From positions 496,001 through 560,000 of the forward strand of contig CP060760.1 of assembly GCA_023205875.1 (NCBI GenBank): a stretch of 64,000 bases of DNA, given 5' to 3'. Of this stretch, positions 1 through 10,342 are shown in pieces (positions within the stretch are counted from its first letter, which is position 1; the number at the start of each line of letters is the position of its first letter). The notes beneath the pieces are model-generated. The model did no database searches, was not told the origin of the DNA, and was given only the letters and a program-made list of their open reading frames with translations. The translations under genes and the position numbers were made by a program. This stretch comes from Chloropicon primus. Lineage: Eukaryota.

Positions 1-7
1 AGTAAAC

Positions 8-200
8 AAAACGTCTCTTGAGGAACCATTGTCGTGACCCCTTTTCGTTGGTAGGAAAGAAAATGTCTCTTGAGGAAACGTTGTCGTACACTCCTCAGTG
101 ACCCCTTTCGTTCTTAGGAAAGAAAACGTCTCTTGAGGAACCCTTGTCGTGACCCCTTTTCGTTGGTAGGAAAGAAAACGTCTCTTGAGGAAACGTTGTT
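8..200. repeat. Tandem repeat with alternating 52/63-bp units (115-bp dimer)
   Basis: Core AAAA(C/T)GTCTCTTGAGGAA starts at 8, 60, 123 and 175; units 1 and 3 are near identical, and unit 4 begins like unit 2. Confidence 0.9.
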
Positions 201-333
201 TTCTTATCCTTGAAGCGTCGTAAAATAAAATGGGTTTTGTACTCTCGAACGGTTTTGTTTTTGTTTTGTTCGCTGACTCCGACAGACACAGCGGCCCACA
301 GGAGAAGCAAGCGAGAGGGAGCAGAGTCCAGCG

Positions 334-334
<1 letters not shown>

Positions 335-374
<40 letters not shown>
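335..374. repeat. (AACACG)n microsatellite
   Basis: About six direct copies of AACACG. Confidence 0.9.
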
Positions 375-582
375 CAAGTGCGTGGTACCTCCGGGACCCC
401 CTGACCCGTCAATTGGAAGGAAGCCTTGGCGCCCTCGGACGAAACCTTTACCTTGGGTTACCTTCCGCCCGCTCCTTGGACTTCCTTGGAGAATCTTTTC
501 TCTCTCTACTCTTGAGTTTTGGTTTTGGTTTTTGTCATGCGGTTATCGAGGAGGGGTGGATAGGATTGTGTCGCAGAGAAGG

Positions 583-692
583 ATGAGCATGAGCATGATG
601 AGCCTGACGACGACAACGACGACGACGACGAGGCTTGTGTCTTCACCGTCTCCGACCAAGTCACCGAGACACCAAGTGACCCACCACCACCA

Positions 693-725
<33 letters not shown>

Positions 726-1281
726 AGTGGCAGCGCAGAAGAAGAAGGCGAAGCGCTCGTCCTCGTCGCCGCGGCGCCCGTCCTCGTCGTCGCCGCACTC
801 GTCGCCGAAGAAGGTGGCGAAGAAGAAGAAGAAGAAGATTGGGGAGTGGTCCAAGGAGGAGCACGCCCAATTCCTGGAGGGGGCCAAGGTCTTGGGGGGC
901 GACGACTGGGGGGGGATAGCGGCCAAGTTCGTCAAGTCAAGGTCGGCCAGGCAGGTCAAGTGCCACGCGCTGACGTACGAGAGGACCGAGGAGTGGAACA
1001 TTGACGAGCACTCGAGGTTCCTCAAGGGCGTCAAGGTCGCGGGCAGGGGGGAGTTCACCTACATCGCCAAGCACTTTGTCAAGACGAGGAACGCCAGGGA
1101 GGTGCAGGAGTACGCGGACTCCATCTATACGGAGACGGAGGACAAGGCCGCGGGAAGGAAGCGGAAACGGAAACTCAGCCTGTACTGCTACAGGAAGTAC
1201 GCTGCGCAGGGCGACCAGCCGGACTCGGTGGAGTCTAGCGAGCAGACCGCTCGACCCAACCCGGCGCAGGCCCAGGCCTAG
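583..1281 (+). CDS. MYB-related transcription factor with two SANT/MYB repeats
   Basis: WSKEEHAQFLEG..DWGGIAAKFVKSRSARQVKCHA and WNIDEHSRFLKG..IAKHFVKTRNAREV; Ser/Thr-rich N-terminus and poly-Lys NLS; first in-frame ATG at 583. Confidence 0.85.
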
Positions 1282-1397
1282 GCTCCCTCACGATGAAAGC
1301 AACTTCAACTGATTTTTTATACAAAAAGCAGGTTTCCAGCAAACCTTATAAGCAAGGAGAGTTATTAACACGAAAAAACAAATACTTACTACTACAT

Positions 1398-3854
1398 TCA
1401 GAGCTCGTCGTGCGGCAAGTTCCCAAGGGCTTCCCGCCCTCCTCCCCGCCCTCCCCCCACGACGCGCAGGGACCCCCTGGGAACTTGCTGCTCGCTGAGG
1501 TGGGCCAAGTCCCGGTACATCTCCGAGACGCCCTCGAACTTGGCGGCCAGGCCGGACAGGGTCTCGTTCCCGGCGACGTAGAGGCCCAAGCGCTGCTGGA
1601 CCAGCCCGAGCCTCCACTTGGGCTGCCAGTCGTCCGGCCCAGAGAGGTGGTCCGCCAGGATATACTCGTCCATCGCTTCCCTCAGCTGGTCCTTGCCCTC
1701 CAGCAGGAGGCCCTTGACGGTGTGGAGCGTGCTGGACCACGGGAACTTCCGCACCTTGTCCTCCACCGTGTCCAGGACCTTGACCGGGACGCTGCCGGAG
1801 CGGGCCTTGGGCGACGAGGACGCGACTTGCTGGGAGTTGATCCCGAGGAACTTGTCGTGGGACGACAGGATCAGCTCCGACGGGAACAGGTTGGGGTGGA
1901 GCATCCGGAGAGACGCGATGCTGTACTCCTGGTTCTTCAGCAGGCTCTGGTGCATGGAGTTTGGCCGAATTCTGTAAAAGAACAGCTCCTCGTGGATGTA
2001 ACACGGGCTGATCCCCCCGTCCAGCAGCTCCTCCGCGAAGATCCAGAACGCCCAGTCCTCGTAGCCGAACAGGGTCTCGATCGGGTAGCCCCGCGGCACA
2101 GCCTGCCACAGAGACTTGTGGAACAAGGCGCTGCAGTGGAACATGTTCGAGTACTTCAAGTCCCTCGCGCTGTACTCTGGGACGTGCCAAGCATACTCCC
2201 AAGCCCCGAAGCCCTTAAGGTCCGAGATCACCAGGTTGCATCTCCTCTCCTTGCCCTTGGCCAGCGCCACGGCCCTCTCCAAAAAATCGTAACCGATGAG
2301 GTCGTCCGAGTCCAGGGGAAAGATCCACTCCCCGCTCGCCGCCTGGATTCCTGCATTCCTGGCGTCGGCAAGACCGCCGTTGGGCTTCTCCACCAGCCTT
2401 ATCCGCCTCTTGAGGCCCCCAAAGTCCCCTCGGTTGTTCGCCAAGATGACCTCCTTGGCGCTGGCCACCGACCGGCCGTCGTCCGTGGACCCGTCGTTCA
2501 CGATAATCACCTCCCAGTCCGTGAACGTCTGGTTCAAGATCGACTGCACCGTCTCCTTGAGGAGGTCCGCCTGGTTATACAAGGGGATCACGATGGACAC
2601 CGTGGGCGGCAGGACCCGCGGCCTGACGTGCTCCATCTCCGTCCTCGCCCTCCAGCACCTGGACGAGGTCTCCACCCAGGCTCTCTCCGACGCATCGCAG
2701 GTGGCGTGAGCCGGGACGACGTCCACCGCAATGGTGCCCGGCGCAGAGGACGCCTTGCCGTCGTGCACCTGGTACTTGAAGGCGGCGCATCGTGGCTCGT
2801 CGACCCCAGGCGCGCCCCCGGAAGCGGTGAACAGGATCCTGCCATCCCCAGCGTGGACCTCCACGGGCACCGAAGTGATCGGCTTCGTAATGCCCTGGTC
2901 ATTCACCTGGTGCAGCACGCCCACGCTCTCGTGGGGCAAGGACGTCACGAAAGCCTTGGGGGGGTCCCGGCCCGAGCTGGCCCCCTCCAGGATCAGGGGC
3001 ACCGTCTCCCCCGCCCTCACGCAAGGTATGGACACCGGGGCCTCCGACTGGATCCACAAAGGCCGCCTCTTCCCCTTCCCCAGCCGAGCGTGGTTCTTGA
3101 AACGCGTCTCGTCGTGGAGAACCTCGCCCCCGGCCTCGTCCATCTTGTAGTACGCCACCAGGCCCTCCTCGTCGCCCTTTGGCTGCCTCACCATCGACCT
3201 CATGATGTCCTCGTCGGAGAGGGACACGTTGTAGATCCGGACCTCGTCGATCTGGCCCGGAAACGGGTCGTACTCCGCCCCCGCGATCGACAGGAAGCCC
3301 GTGTCATCCATCACCGCGTTTGGCAGGCTCGTCTTGGCCCCGGGCAACCCGTCCACGAAAGCTTGGAGGTACTCCCCATCGTACCGACCGACGACGTAGT
3401 GCCACTTGTCCTTGAAAATGATTCTCCCCGCCGCAAAGTCTTTGTTATCCTGGCCGATGCCGAACCTGACCAAGCCCGCCCCGTCACAATACAAGTTCCA
3501 GCCCCAGCTGATCCACTCGTGACTCAGTATCCTGCTATACGACTTGTGCCTCGCCACCTTGATCCACGCGGCGACCGTTATCCTCGTCCTCGGCAAGTTC
3601 TTGAACTCCCTCACCAGGGCAAAGTCATTCCTCCCGTCGAAGCTTAGCCCAGACTTTCCCACACCCGCAGCAAGGAACCCTTCCTCGTCCTTCACCCTCG
3701 ACGTCGTCGTATACCTCTCCCCTGTCCCACCTCTCCCCAGCAGATCCCCATCAAGCACCTTTATGTCGTCGTCTTTTCCCTCACACAAACAACCTCCAAG
3801 CAAGATGACCACCCAAATGGTTAGAGTGATTTCCCTCCGTCCCAAAGCTTTCAT
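1398..3854 (-). CDS. Secretory-pathway LamG/ConA-like + Ig-like + family-2 glycosyltransferase with C-terminal HDEL
   Basis: ATG 3854 (MKALGRR..ITLTIWVVILLGGCLC signal peptide); LamG motifs (LSFDG, ITVAAWIK, WHYVVGRYDG, FPGQIDEVRIYN); GT2 motifs (VSIVIPLYN, VNDGSTD, GLADARNAGI, LDSDD, YEDW); TPR-like helices; ends HDEL. Confidence 0.85.
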   Translation of the reverse strand: MKALGRREITLTIWVVILLGGCLCEGKDDDIKVLDGDLLGRGGTGERYTTTSRVKDEEGFLAAGVGKSGLSFDGRNDFALVREFKNLPRTRITVAAWIKVARHKSYSRILSHEWISWGWNLYCDGAGLVRFGIGQDNKDFAAGRIIFKDKWHYVVGRYDGEYLQAFVDGLPGAKTSLPNAVMDDTGFLSIAGAEYDPFPGQIDEVRIYNVSLSDEDIMRSMVRQPKGDEEGLVAYYKMDEAGGEVLHDETRFKNHARLGKGKRRPLWIQSEAPVSIPCVRAGETVPLILEGASSGRDPPKAFVTSLPHESVGVLHQVNDQGITKPITSVPVEVHAGDGRILFTASGGAPGVDEPRCAAFKYQVHDGKASSAPGTIAVDVVPAHATCDASERAWVETSSRCWRARTEMEHVRPRVLPPTVSIVIPLYNQADLLKETVQSILNQTFTDWEVIIVNDGSTDDGRSVASAKEVILANNRGDFGGLKRRIRLVEKPNGGLADARNAGIQAASGEWIFPLDSDDLIGYDFLERAVALAKGKERRCNLVISDLKGFGAWEYAWHVPEYSARDLKYSNMFHCSALFHKSLWQAVPRGYPIETLFGYEDWAFWIFAEELLDGGISPCYIHEELFFYRIRPNSMHQSLLKNQEYSIASLRMLHPNLFPSELILSSHDKFLGINSQQVASSSPKARSGSVPVKVLDTVEDKVRKFPWSSTLHTVKGLLLEGKDQLREAMDEYILADHLSGPDDWQPKWRLGLVQQRLGLYVAGNETLSGLAAKFEGVSEMYRDLAHLSEQQVPRGSLRVVGGGRGGGREALGNLPHDEL

Positions 3855-4345
3855 CTTTTGCCCACCCGTTACCTTCTCGGACAACCGTAACGCCTTCTCA
3901 CCCTCCTCCTTCCCGAGACCAAGGCCGCCATCCCCAAGCCAAGTTCTGTTTGCTCTTCTCTCTCTCTCTCTCTCTTCAGAAGAGACGGGCCCAGGGCGGA
4001 GGGGAGGGGCGTTGGGTTGCTTTGTCGAGGAGGACACGGAGAAAGGGAGGGAACGAGAGGGACGCTAACCTCGACAACGAAGTTCCTCGTCTCGTGCTCT
4101 TTCCAACGACCCGTCTCTTGAGGGTTGAGGAAGCGCGCGCTAATCCCTTAAGGATAAGGGATTAGGATTAGGATTAGGATTCGTTGTTGTCATTCGTTTC
4201 GCCAGACCCAACAGGTGAGTGAGGGAGGAGTGTCGGTGGCGACGACCACGAAGCGGTTCCTCGTCTTTTGCTCTTTCCATCGAGCCGCCTCTCGAAAAGA
4301 ATGACACCCAGGGGTGAAGACTGAACGAAAACACATTGTTGTTGG

Positions 4346-5354
4346 ATGACGGTGAAGATGATGTTGATGGCCGCGAGTTGTCAGCCGCAGGGCGTTCGAA
4401 TCGGACGATCGGGTCAGCCTCCCTCGCGAAGGGGAGGGTCTCGGTTACTCCAGTGCCACAACAAGCATGGACAGCAGCGTCGACAGCAGCTCCCGGACGT
4501 GGGGAGACGTTCGTGGCAGGTTTGTGCCTCGCAGGAGTCCTCGTCGGTGCTCGACAATATGGACGACTTGGCCTTGGTGAAGAAGGTCGCGCTATCCGGG
4601 AGCAAGTTTCAGATGATAAGCGCGAGGGAGATGTTCGAATCTCTGGTGAAGCTCAACCAGATCAAGACCAAGAAGCCGGACGACGTAAGTGTCTCGGACC
4701 TGCTCTCTGCGTCCCCTGGACTCGCCCGACTGACGCGGTTCTCGCTCCTTGCCTGCTTCAGTTGTCTGAAATTCTTGCGGGGGATGATGGGGAAGGCAAG
4801 GGGTCTTTCTGGAAACTCGTGTTCACGGTCAGCAAGAGCAATCTGAACCAAGCGACCTCAAAGGGTTTGGGCAGCGTCAGCGGCAACGGGGGTTCGTTCT
4901 TCCCGGTGACCGCGGTGCAGAACTGGAACAATGCGAACATGAGGATACAGAACGGAATCTTTATCTTGGGCGTCTTCTCGCTGATTTTTTCCGGGGACTT
5001 CGAGCTGGTAGGTGCTTCTTCTCCTCTCCCGGCCGTGCCGGTGCCAGGTCTAACACACGCGCGCGCACACACACACAACTGCTTCCTCTCTCTCTCTCTC
5101 TCTCTCTGTCGCAGGTGAACAAGTCTGGAATTTTGTACTTTGACTTCGACAGACTGGACATCGCTCTCGGACCCATCAAGTTTGGGTTCGACCTCCCACC
5201 CGATGAGAAAAGAGCGGGCAAGAAAAGGCCGTTTTTCGTTTGGGTTCACGCGGACCAGGACATCGCCATCGCCCGTGGCCGGGGAGGAGGCCTCGCCGTT
5301 TGGAAGAGAGTCGACCAAGAGTACAGGGAAGAGGAAGGCGTCTACAGCTCGTGA
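4346..5354 (+). CDS. Plastid lipid-associated (fibrillin/PAP-like) protein, 3 exons
   Basis: Predicted exons 4346-4684, 4762-5007, 5115-5354 join in frame via GTAAGT..CAG and GTAGGT..CAG introns; transit-peptide-like start, WKLVFT motif and C-terminal ARGRGGGLAVW. Confidence 0.65.
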
Positions 5355-5481
5355 GAATCCTAAACAAGAACCAACCAACCTCTTTCTAATCCCATCCACA
5401 AGTCCAATAATCCTATCCTCCCTTCGGTCCACAGAAAGTTCTCCGTTGGGTTCACACACCTCCGAGACCTCCCATCATGGA

Positions 5482-5753
5482 TGGATGGATGGAGATCTTG
5501 AGTGAGAGAGTGAAGATCCAGAACCTCCAGGATCTGTTCCCTCCTCTCCTCTCCTCTCCTCTCCTCTCCTCTCCTCTCATCCCTTCTCCCTCTTCATCGA
5601 TCGTCATGCCAGCCCATCCCATCCTCCTCCTCCTCCTTGGATGGATGGAGAGCTTGAGTGAGAGAGTGAAGATTCAGCACCTGCAGGACCTATTCATCTT
5701 GTTCCCTCCTCTCCTCTCCTCTCCTCTCCTCTCCTCTCCCTCTCCTCATCGAT
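5482..5753. repeat. 156-bp-period direct duplication containing (CCTCT)n tracts
   Basis: GGATGGATGGAGA..TGAGTGAGAGAGTGAAGAT.. at ~5482 and ~5638; a further 23-bp tandem ATCCTCCTTGTGAAG(A)GGAGCTC follows at ~5755-5799. Confidence 0.85.
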
Positions 5754-5835
5754 GATCCTCCTTGTGAAGAGGAGCTCATCCTCCTTGTGAAGGGAGCTCA
5801 AGGCAAAAGCAATCGAGGGCGAGCAATTGAGGGCG

Positions 5836-7087
5836 ATGAGGACGGCGACGGGCGTGACAGGGGCGAGTTCCTGTCCCTTCGAGGCGACGAGGACGGCGGG
5901 GAGGGCGACACCGCGGGTCACAAGGGTGGCGGCCTCTTCGGACCAAGCCCAGGTGGCGGTTCTGGGCGCGAGCGGCTACACCGGGGCAGAGATCACCCGA
6001 CTCCTCGCATTGCATCCAAGGATAAACGTCCGAGCCATCACGAGCGAAAGGAGTGCGGGACAGCCGTTCAGGAAGACTTTCCCTCACCTCAGGGAGTCCT
6101 TCTTCAAGAGTGACTCGGCGGACTCGGTGATGAACCTGGAGCTCACCAAGGTGGAGGACGTGAACTGGGATCAGGTGGACTCGGTGTTCTGCTGCTTGCC
6201 ACACGGTACGACCCAGGAGATCATAGCGGGCCTTCCGAGGTCAAAGAAGGTCGTGGACCTCTCCGCGGACTTTCGGCTCAAGGATGTTGACGTGTACGCC
6301 AAGGTGAGTGCGGTGCCCTGCGCCACTTCTCTCGTTTCGCCACCGCTAAACCAAAATGATTTGTTTTGTCTCTCTCGTGTAGTGGTATGGTGCGGCCCAC
6401 AAGGCCCCTGACCTGCAGAGGGAGGCCGTGTACGGCTTGACGGAGTTCAAGAGGAAGGAGGTCGGGTCAGCGAGCCTTGTTGCCAACCCTGGCTGCTACC
6501 CCACGAGCATTCAGCTGCCCTTGGTGCCCCTCCTGGAGAAGGGACTCATCACGGCGGAGGACTTGATCATCGACGCGAAGAGCGGCGTCAGCGGGGCGGG
6601 GCGGGGGGCAAAGCAGAGCAACCTTTACGTGGAGATAGCGGAGGGAATGAACTCGTACGGGATCACGTCCCACAGGCACGTGCCGGAGGTCGAGCAGCAG
6701 CTCGAGGAAGTCGCGGGCGGGCCGGTGAGAGTCAGCTTCACCCCCCACCTGATGCCTTTCTCGAGGGGGATGCAGAGCACCATCTACGTAAAGATGGCGG
6801 ACGGAGTCTCCGTGGAGGACCTCCGAGCCAGGCTCGAGGAGAGGTTCGAGGACGAGGCGTTCGTCCACGTCCTGCCCGCGGGGGAGATCCCGCACACGCG
6901 CTTTGTCCGAGGCAGCAACCACTGCGTTCTCGGCGTTTACGAGGACAGGCTCGAAGGGAGGGCCATCATCGTCAGCGTCATCGACAACTTGGTCAAGGGG
7001 GCGTCGGGACAAGCGATGCAGAACATGAACCTCATGCTCGGGCTCCCGGAGGACACGGGCCTCATGCAGATACCCATGTTCCCTTGA
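5836..7087 (+). CDS. argC: N-acetyl-gamma-glutamyl-phosphate reductase, plastid, 2 exons
   Basis: GASGYTG, FCCLPHG, VDLSADFRL, ANPGCYPT, DAKSGVSGAGR, DNLVKGASGQA; exons 5836-6303 and 6383-7087 (GTGAGT..TAG) give YAK|WYG. Confidence 0.97.
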
Positions 7088-7261
7088 GGCGGGTGGGGAG
7101 AGAGGCGGGGAGAAGGAGAGTGTGGGATGACGCGAGCGCGGCGGACGACGTGCGGTGCTCCCAAGAAAAAACCAAAAAAAACATGCATACGTGCTTACTA
7201 CAGCGAAATAAAAGCTTACTAGACGTTGGCGCTTCTCAGTGACGACGACGAAAAACAAAAC

Positions 7262-7786
7262 TCAGGCGTTCTTCGCCTTCTTCCTCGCCCCCTGCAGCTC
7301 CGCGACCTGAGCCAAGCAGACCTGCTTCACGGCGTGGCACTTTTGCTTCAGCTCAAGGTTCTCGTTCAGCGCGGCCATGTGCCGCATGAGGAGTATCTCG
7401 AAGCCCCTGTTGAGGTGGGAGTAGAAGCCCGGGAGGTCCTTGGCGTCCTCCGGCCCCACACGTCGCGGGGCACCCCAAGACTTGTCTCTCGAGATCAACT
7501 CCACCACGTCCTCCAGGGGGACCGCGGTCGATTGGTCGCTGGCCTGCGTCACCGTGGCGCCCCTTTCCTCCCGCTTGCCCTTGTGCGCCCCCGTCGCCTT
7601 GAGTGATGTCAAAAACGTCATAACGCTCACGGACCTCTCCAATCCAGTCTGCATGTCCTCCCTGTCCAAGGCAAACCCGCTCTTCTCCTTGGCCGGAGAC
7701 GAACCCGAACCCTCGGCGACACCGCACGTACCGTGGTCCTCGTCGTGGCAAGGAGATGGACAACCCTTATGCCGGGACACCGTCAT
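7262..7786 (-). CDS. Hypothetical protein, ~174 aa, helical/coiled-coil C-terminus
   Basis: ATG 7786 (MTVSRHK) with coding-like codon bias; no family recognised. Confidence 0.6.
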   Translation of the reverse strand: MTVSRHKGCPSPCHDEDHGTCGVAEGSGSSPAKEKSGFALDREDMQTGLERSVSVMTFLTSLKATGAHKGKREERGATVTQASDQSTAVPLEDVVELISRDKSWGAPRRVGPEDAKDLPGFYSHLNRGFEILLMRHMAALNENLELKQKCHAVKQVCLAQVAELQGARKKAKNA

Positions 7787-8395
7787 GGTGCGAGCGATGG
7801 GGCGAGCGCAAGTCAAGTCAACCACCCAACCTCGGACGACGACCGTACTAGGGAATCCGTCTCCACCCCAACGGATCAGAATGGGGCATGGCAAAAAAGG
7901 AGGAGCAATTGATTAGTTTGCCCCATACATCAAACATCAAAAACGTGTTGACCGAACCGAACCGTTACGAACGTTATCGTTGTGGTTATGAGTTGAGCAA
8001 GAGGAGAGGAGCGAGGTGGCTCGGCCTCAGTCGGGGGCGGGTTTAGGTTTAGGGGTCCTCCCTCTTCCCCGATGCGATGTGGGGAGAACTGGGCGTGGGG
8101 CATCCAAATCCATAATTGTTGTTGTCTGGAGCGGGCTGGGGGCGGACGGGGCACGAAGGAAAGGGTGAGGAGAAGAGGAGGAGAGGAGGAGGGGAGGGGA
8201 CCACGCTCACCCCTGCGCTGGAACGAGGGGGGGTGGGCCCTCCATCCCTCCTTCCATCCCCTCGTTCCCTTCTCTTCCCGGCATCGGCGTTGGCATCGAT
8301 CTCAATCGATCAAATACATTAGGGGTTCTTCTGGCTTTCGAGACCTTTTTGCGCGTTCCCTCGTGGCGTCACCACGACGACACCATCGAGCGGGC

Positions 8396-8573
8396 CAAGA
8401 TCCGCCTTGCTATTGGGACAAGGAGACTCGTTGCGGTGCAGCTGCAGGAGGTCACCTTGACGTTCTCAAGTGGGCTCGAAGCCAGGATCCGCCTTGCCAT
8501 TGGGACCCAGAGTGGTGCGCAACACTGGCGGCGATGGACCCTAACCGTCACCCAGTGGATCGCGGAGAATTAG
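8396..8573 (+). pseudogene. Truncated, frameshifted ankyrin-like repeat gene fragment
   Basis: QDPPCYWDKETRCGAAAGGHLDVLKWARSQDPPCHWD resembles the algal/giant-virus ankyrin-like repeat; the terminal VTQWIAEN* lies in another frame; no convincing start. Confidence 0.7.
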
Positions 8574-8722
8574 CGAAGGATCGGACCACCCTAACATGCC
8601 CATGTCATGTCATCCCCCTTCCCTACTCCGATCCCAAATATACATTACTTTTGTTTTGTTTTGTTTTTGTTTCATTTTTGCCATCGCCGTCGCCGCGCTC
8701 TCCCAACACGTCCTCCTTCCCT

Positions 8723-9709
8723 TCACGGTGATGTGGAGATGGGCCTCACGCTGTTGTAGTGCTCGCCCAGGCCGTAGGCGTGCAAGTGGTACGCGAGCCT
8801 CAAGGGGGCCCCCTCCTTGTCCTCCCCGATCTTCACCACCGGCTGGTCCGCAGAGTACACTTCGATGGCAACGTCGAGGGCCTGGCTGATGGCCTGCAGC
8901 TCCAAGTGCCCGCCTTTTCACCCACACAACAAGAACAAGAACAAGAACAGGAACGTCAAGTCAGTCGGTGCAGAACAGGACAACCCCCCTCCTCTCTCTC
9001 TCTCCCTGAGGCCAACCCGACTTCTTCTGCTTCTCCTCTCCCTCCAAGCCCCCCACTTACCCCACTCGGCGGTGGACTCCATTCGCTCGCAGTACTCGTC
9101 CAGTGGGGCTTCCAGGAAAGGCTCAAAGTCCTCCCTGTTGCCCCTGATGTGGTCGGCCGCCACCTTCCTCAAGCCGGAGTGATCGATGGGCTTGTGCTGG
9201 AAACCCAAGGCGCTGGTGCTCTGGAACGAGAGCTGGTCCTCCAGGGAGCGAAACATGCAGTTTCCGTCCGGGGGGATGTCGTGCAGAACGAAGTTCAAGT
9301 CCATCAGCCGCTCCTCGATCATCTTGGTCTCCCTCTCCTCCGGCGTCTCCCCTAGCTCTGCCCTCTCCAGGGCGATCCTGGCCTCCCTCTCCGCCTCCTT
9401 GGCAGCCTTGGCCTCCCTTCGCTTCTGAGCCCGCGTCGGTCCCTTCTTCTCCGCCACCTCTGGCTCCGGCGTCGACGATGGATCCTCCTTCGCCGATTCC
9501 TTTACCTCGCCCTCCGCCTCCCTCTCCTCGAAAGCACGCAGTTCCCCCTCGTGCTTTGCGGCGAGGTCCTGCTCGAGCTTCTTCGCCTCGTCTTTCCGTT
9601 TCTTTCCCATCTTCTTCACCTCCTTCTTCAGGAGCATCACCTCCCGCTTGTGACGCTGCACCATCTGCCCCTTCGTCTCCACCTTGTCCTTCCCTTCATC
9701 GCCGCTCAT
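8723..9709 (-). CDS. OTU-domain deubiquitinase (OTUD6B/Otu2-like), 2 exons
   Basis: IPPDGNCMF (catalytic Cys), WGGHLELQA across the intron, HAYGLGEHYNSV; exons 9709-9061 and 8913-8723. Confidence 0.92.
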
Positions 9710-9969
9710 CCTGCTCCTCTCCTCTCTCTCCTCTCCTCTCTGCTCTGCTCTCTGCTCTGTCTCTCTCTGCTGTCGATTCAAGCTGGTCGGATCAGAGGAG
9801 AAAGAGAAGGAGAAGAGAGGAGAGGGAGGAGAAGGTGGGTTGGATCCGCATTGGATGGCACCAGCACCTGCACCCTCTCTCCTTCTCTTTCCTTCTCTCT
9901 CTCTCTCTCTCTCTCTCTGCTGGGGGTGGTGGTGAGGCAAGCCGTGGACATCGATTGCGGCCTACATAC

Positions 9970-10012
<43 letters not shown>

Positions 10013-10342
10013 AGGGAGGTGGTGGTTTGGATCCATACCGGAGGGCACCGTCAACTGCTGTGGCCTTGTGCCTTATCTCACAATATATCAAATCGTTTAT
10101 TTCTATCCTAAAACTCTCGACCTTGCTCCAAAAAGGAACAGTGAGCGTACTCTCATCTTCAAAGACGGCCAAAGCGTGGTAACTCACGCTTCGGGTCTTG
10201 GTGCTACCTCCGCTTGCTCCCAAGCTAACCCGGCTTGCCCTCCCAACTCCTGCTCCATCGCGGTGGAAAGCGGCCACTGCGATATGATGCGCAACTGAGG
10301 AGAGGAAAGCCAGTAGGGAGCGGCGCTTCACGCTTCAGAACT

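Noticed and set aside
8..200. CRISPR-like repeat-spacer appearance
   Set aside because: The sequences between cores are homologous to each other rather than unique spacers; no cas genes; eukaryotic context
1293..3647. 784-aa + strand ORF and similar long antisense ORFs (11395-12816, 13486-15138, 32508-33770, 38497-39699)
   Set aside because: Shadow ORFs opposite real genes, expected from high GC3; no domain motifs
4156..4182. (TTAGGA)x3 telomere-like run
   Set aside because: Too short and not the TTTAGGG/TTAGGG consensus; treated as a microsatellite or telobox-like motif
9969..10011. (GA)n, (GT)n, (GAC)n and similar microsatellite-derived ORFs across the window
   Set aside because: Simple repeats in UTRs and introns that produce spurious ERER/THTH/LSLS peptides
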